Assembly (NCBI GenBank): GCA_038496445.1
Contig: JALMLS010000488.1
Location: 248,001 to 312,000 of the forward strand
DNA: 64,000 nt
DNA from: Trichosphaerium sp. ATCC 40318
Lineage: Eukaryota > Protista > Tubulinea
Reading direction: 5' to 3'
Every line of letters begins with the position of its first letter. Positions within the stretch are counted from its first letter, which is position 1. The translations under genes and the position numbers were made by a program. The notes beneath the pieces are model-generated. The model did no database searches. It was not told the origin of the DNA and was given only the letters and a program-made list of their open reading frames with translations. Shown piece after piece: positions 60,738 to 64,000 of the stretch.

Positions 60738-61349
60738 GTTTGGGTAGTTTCAAAGGGTTAGTAGCTTGTAAGGCTAGAATTATTTTTCTGTTCGAGTTAA
60801 CAAGTACAGTATGCGTAAACGTTCAAGCAGATACTCTTATCACAACTGGCGATTCGATTGAAGACTGTTTTTTGCACTTTGCGAATTATTTTGACTTTTA
60901 TGCATAAGCGATCAAGCATTTTATTGTTACTACATGCCGGAAACGCTCTCGCGATAAACTTTACAGTCTTTCCCTATTTCGTAACGTAAAACTGTTCCAT
61001 TTGCGTCGAGGAGAAATAGAATCCTTGAAAACAATAGTAAGACACCATTTGAATAGTTGTGAGTCGCTTTTGTACACTCCGCTATTTTCCGAAAGAATGA
61101 GCGACTGACTAAGCTTCAAGTTTGTTCACAACCCACGAAAGGTACTTCCCCGACGCAAACCCGACATTGTAGTGTGATAATCAAAAGAAATTTTTTCGTT
61201 CTGACTTGACAACCAAAAACGGACGCAAAACACGTAGATAATATGTACAGTTTCATTTAGGGATTAATATACAAGGTTAGTTTTTGGGCGTTTTTTTTGC
61301 GATGGTCCAGCGTTGTTTGGGTAAAAAATTGATTTGCCGTTTGGTGTTT

Positions 61350-62704
61350 TCAGCCATCTCTTGGCGGAGAATGCTCTGGTTTATCATCAAAAGGTTCTGT
61401 GTGAACAGTTTCTTTGTGGCTTTCAGAAAACGGAGCTAGAACCATAGCATGGAGTGTATCAAAGTTTTCAAGAGTCTGTGATCTTTCTATGGCTCTTACG
61501 GGTGTTTGCATTGGTACCCAGTCATCTCCTTGAGCAAGAGCACGCTTTTCTTCATCCACAAACTCCACAAAAAGATCATAACGCAGCATTTTAACAATAG
61601 AGTCTTTTGCTTCTTTAAAAAGATCTGGCCGACCTTTCTCTAAGTTGTCCATAATGGCCTATAAACATCAACGTCAGTTCTCATAATTTGTGCTGTAATG
61701 ACTGAAAAAAAAAAAACCAAAACCTTCCACCCAAAAGTATCACGTGGTAAAAAGGGGTAGGCAAGCGAAATGGATTAAAATTTGTGGCTTGCGTAAAAAT
61801 AAAAAAATCTTTCGTTTTGTTGTAGTTTTCCGATATTAACTATCGATTGATTTTACATTCCCACGTGATCAAAGCGTAAGGGGTAAAAAGTTTGTTAAAA
61901 AATTTACGTACCAGCCTTTCTTCACGTGATATATTTATAGGTTCTTCGGCAACATTTACGTCAATCCATTCACCGATAATATACCGCGCAAGAGATACCC
62001 TTGCTGCAGAGTCTCTTGTTCGTGCATATAATTCTAGAAAATCATAAGGACGTAATAATTTCAAAGTCGAGGTTTTTTTTCATTTTGTGGACAAAACAAC
62101 GCTTCAAATAAGTTGGTACTTTCCCAAAAGTAAAAAGAGACTACTAGTTTGGAAACCGCCGATTTTAGAAAAAAATTTCTGTTTTAGACGATGACCCAAG
62201 CTTGTGTCTTTTTTTGTTATTGTTGCTTACCTGTAGCAATAAAAAAGGCGAGATTTTCGTTTGCCAATTTTTGGTAAACGAATACGCGAAACCTCACAAA
62301 AGTGTCTCTATCATGTAATATCCTCTCCCATGATATGTTGTATTCCCTCTCTATATCATCAAGTTTCCTATACACCGAGTTAAACAAGCAGGAAATAAAT
62401 TTATCCAAAAAACAAAAGTTGAAAAAAAGCGTTTTGTTTTCGGTTTCAGACACGCCTGTAACAACCCCGATGTGCTTTTCGGTGTTTTTTATTTATAATT
62501 TCTTTCGAAATTTAAACTTGAAGACAAGTCCAAGGCGACGTACTTTGCTGTTGGTCTAACATTACAGTTTTTCTTTTTTGATCTAAATGACTTCTTGTAT
62601 TTCTTTATGCGTTCTATTATGAGTTTGTTAATAAACGTGGCGTTATGGAATGTTAATATAACAGTCTTTGTTTACATACTTTTGAGTCGAGAAATACAGT
62701 CCAT
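61350..62704 (-). CDS. Regulator of G-protein signalling (RGS) domain protein, multi-exon
   Basis: FRVFVYQKLANENLAFF, PINIS, DLFKEAKDSIVKMLRYDLFVEF; basic N-terminus MDCISRLKKRIKKYKK. Confidence 0.88.
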
Positions 62705-63635
62705 CTCGTATGAGCACAGAAGCGTTGCTATAAGAGAACTGTGTCGTTTTGTATCACATGGTCCTAAATGCCTTAAGGCACGAAGTTTTTTGTTCTAAGT
62801 CTCCGGGAACATTATTTATAACGCTAGTTGTAGTATCTATGATCGGTACTAACTAGAAAAACCGGTTTGCACCAAAAAAAGGCGAACTACTTGAGTTGAC
62901 GAAGCAAACTATCACAACTCATTAACTTTTGTAAAATGACTATACCATAGCGTTAGAAAGAAGATCCTCTCATCGTGTTCTTCCGAGGTGAACATATTTA
63001 TAATCAACACGTGTTTCAAAAAAAGAAAAAAGGTCACTACCAAGCATTTTATGGGTATACAGTTGAGTTTGAGAACCTTGCAGCGTTACATGAACTGGAT
63101 ATATAATGTTACGATAAAAACTGAAGTAGTTTGGTACTGTTTAGCATAACGTTTAGAGGGTTACCTTAACCTTAGCACAACACCTGTGACCAATGTACTA
63201 TTATTAGCTATTCTTCTACAGAATGCAGTTCCTAGCAGACACAAGGAATTATCTGTTATGGTAAAAATATTGTTACAGATTTATCCTAAATCCACGTTGC
63301 CGTGTGATCAACATCCGCGTGATAAGCATAAACTCAGAGCGAGCTAATATATATATTAGAAAACCTTTCAACGATACCAAAGACTGCAAAAGGCTATTCT
63401 TGACGCTATTGTTAAGTGAAATGATAGTTTGTTCTAGCAACTTGTGTTGGCAAAACAATTGTACAGCACTACGTTGTGATAATCTCATTTTTTTTTTAAG
63501 TTACAATTACATTCATCGAGCTTTACACGTGAACAAAGGTCACGAACGCGCAAATACTACAATACTAATAACGTTATAAAATAAGCGCATTCGTCATTGT
63601 TAAATAAAAACTCACATGTTAGTGAACAGTGCGGT

Positions 63636-63921
63636 TTAAAATTTAAGCTGTTGCTCCTGTGTATTTACTTTTTGCCCACCGGAGGTAACCCCATGACCTC
63701 TACCGCGGCTTCCACCACGACCTCTACTGCGAGCTCTACCACGGCCTCTACCACGTGGATTTCCTCTACTACGACGTAATTGACCTCTGCCTCTTCCACG
63801 TCTAGCTCCTCGGAGTCCTCCTCTTGTTATATTGCCTCTGCCACGACCTCTATACCTTGGTCTTCGTCTTTGAGGATTACCGCGGACTTGCTGTCCACCC
63901 CGATGATTTATTTCTTTGAAC
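63636..63921 (-). CDS. Terminal exon of an RG/RGG-rich protein; the gene continues beyond the window
   Basis: After an AG acceptor: FKEINHRGGQQVRGNPQRRRPRYRGRGRG...RGRGGSRGRGHG...QEQQLKF*. Confidence 0.7.
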
Positions 63922-64000
63922 CTACGAACAAGATTTTAGTTAAGAAAGACTTGACAATGAAGATTCAACGGGAAAAAGCTTCAAAAAAAGGCATTGTTTC

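Noticed and set aside
63597-63779. Plus-strand Ser/Thr-rich ORF
   Set aside because: Antisense shadow of the minus-strand RG-rich exon.
1-64000. Alternative genetic code (stop-codon reassignment)
   Set aside because: TAA, TAG and TGA all end well-supported genes, and long exons have no in-frame stops. ORF fragmentation is explained by introns.

Overview
AT-rich, gene-dense eukaryotic nuclear DNA with many short spliceosomal introns (dominant donors GTACGT/GTAAGT/GTATGT). The gene content (vacuolin-like SPFH, EDR1 kinase, amoeba-type repeat proteins) suggests a protist, possibly an amoeba; this is inference. Most genes are fragmented in the ORF track and were assembled by hand, so exon boundaries are approximate unless stated. 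About 24 protein genes and one atypical tRNA are supported, including DNA2, a GST, a GH128 glucanase, and RGS, RING and ankyrin proteins. Most notable: (1) a 7-exon gene encoding a single-chain H2B-H2A histone doublet (55656-56775, minus); (2) a bacterial-type vWA/TPR/DUF2135 protein carrying an internal WASP-like polyproline-WH2-central-acidic (VCA) module; (3) an inverted segmental duplication of an orphan gene plus an intronless LRR gene around a ~16 kb core, with a TIR-bounded 1.35 kb element in one arm; (4) a Kelch-EDR1-pseudokinase; (5) strong enrichment of CACGTG, together with a divergent bHLH-ZIP-like gene missed by the ORF track.
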